From positions 434,001 to 498,000 of the forward strand of contig OZ025697.1 in the NCBI GenBank assembly GCA_964019335.1: a DNA stretch of 64,000 bases, in the 5' to 3' direction. Both the position numbers and the translations under genes were made by a program. The notes beneath the pieces were generated by a model. That model ran no database searches. It was not told where the DNA came from and saw only the letters and a program-made list of their open reading frames with translations. Of this stretch, positions 63,962-64,000 are shown piece by piece. This DNA is from Diplonema japonicum. Lineage: Eukaryota; Protista; Euglenozoa: Diplonemea. How positions within the stretch are numbered: position 1 is the stretch's first letter; the number at the start of each line of letters is the position of its first letter.

Positions 63962-64000
63962 TAGACAGGCATCTGTGGTGTGGTAAGGTGTGCACTGACA

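Noticed and set aside
1-64000. tRNA, rRNA, SL RNA genes, telomeric repeats and non-canonical (non GT-AG) introns
   Set aside because: None recognised by eye; every intron I could infer is GT-AG.

Overview
This is eukaryotic genomic DNA, most likely a euglenozoan of diplonemid type (inference). All ~19 protein-coding genes lie on the minus strand, as in a directional/polycistronic cluster, yet several carry very short GT-AG introns (30-76 nt). Genes: two tandem mucin-stalk/multi-TM surface proteins, a FAM227/FWWh-like protein, a Zn-finger protein, a membrane-anchored CK1, INO1, a dynein intermediate chain, two intracellular 5'-nucleotidase-family fusions, STIMATE/TMEM110, prefoldin 4, a huntingtin-like HEAT protein, a bacterial-type HutI and a 4380-aa degenerate kinesin. 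Prefoldin 4 is missed by the ORF track. Non-coding DNA left of ~39.8 kb is dominated by long homopolymers with islands of mobile DNA: a deleted piggyBac, a TTAA-flanked element carrying a retroelement-like fragment, and a Helentron/HINE-like repeat family. The best candidates for new biology are two. (1) A repeated structured RNA element on the transcribed strand (7626-7810; partial copy 9962-10083) folds by eye into a type III hammerhead ribozyme with compensatory changes between copies. (2) The 3' splice signal of both cis introns and putative trans-splice acceptors is A/C-rich rather than polypyrimidine. All homology calls are by-eye motif recognition; no searches were run.
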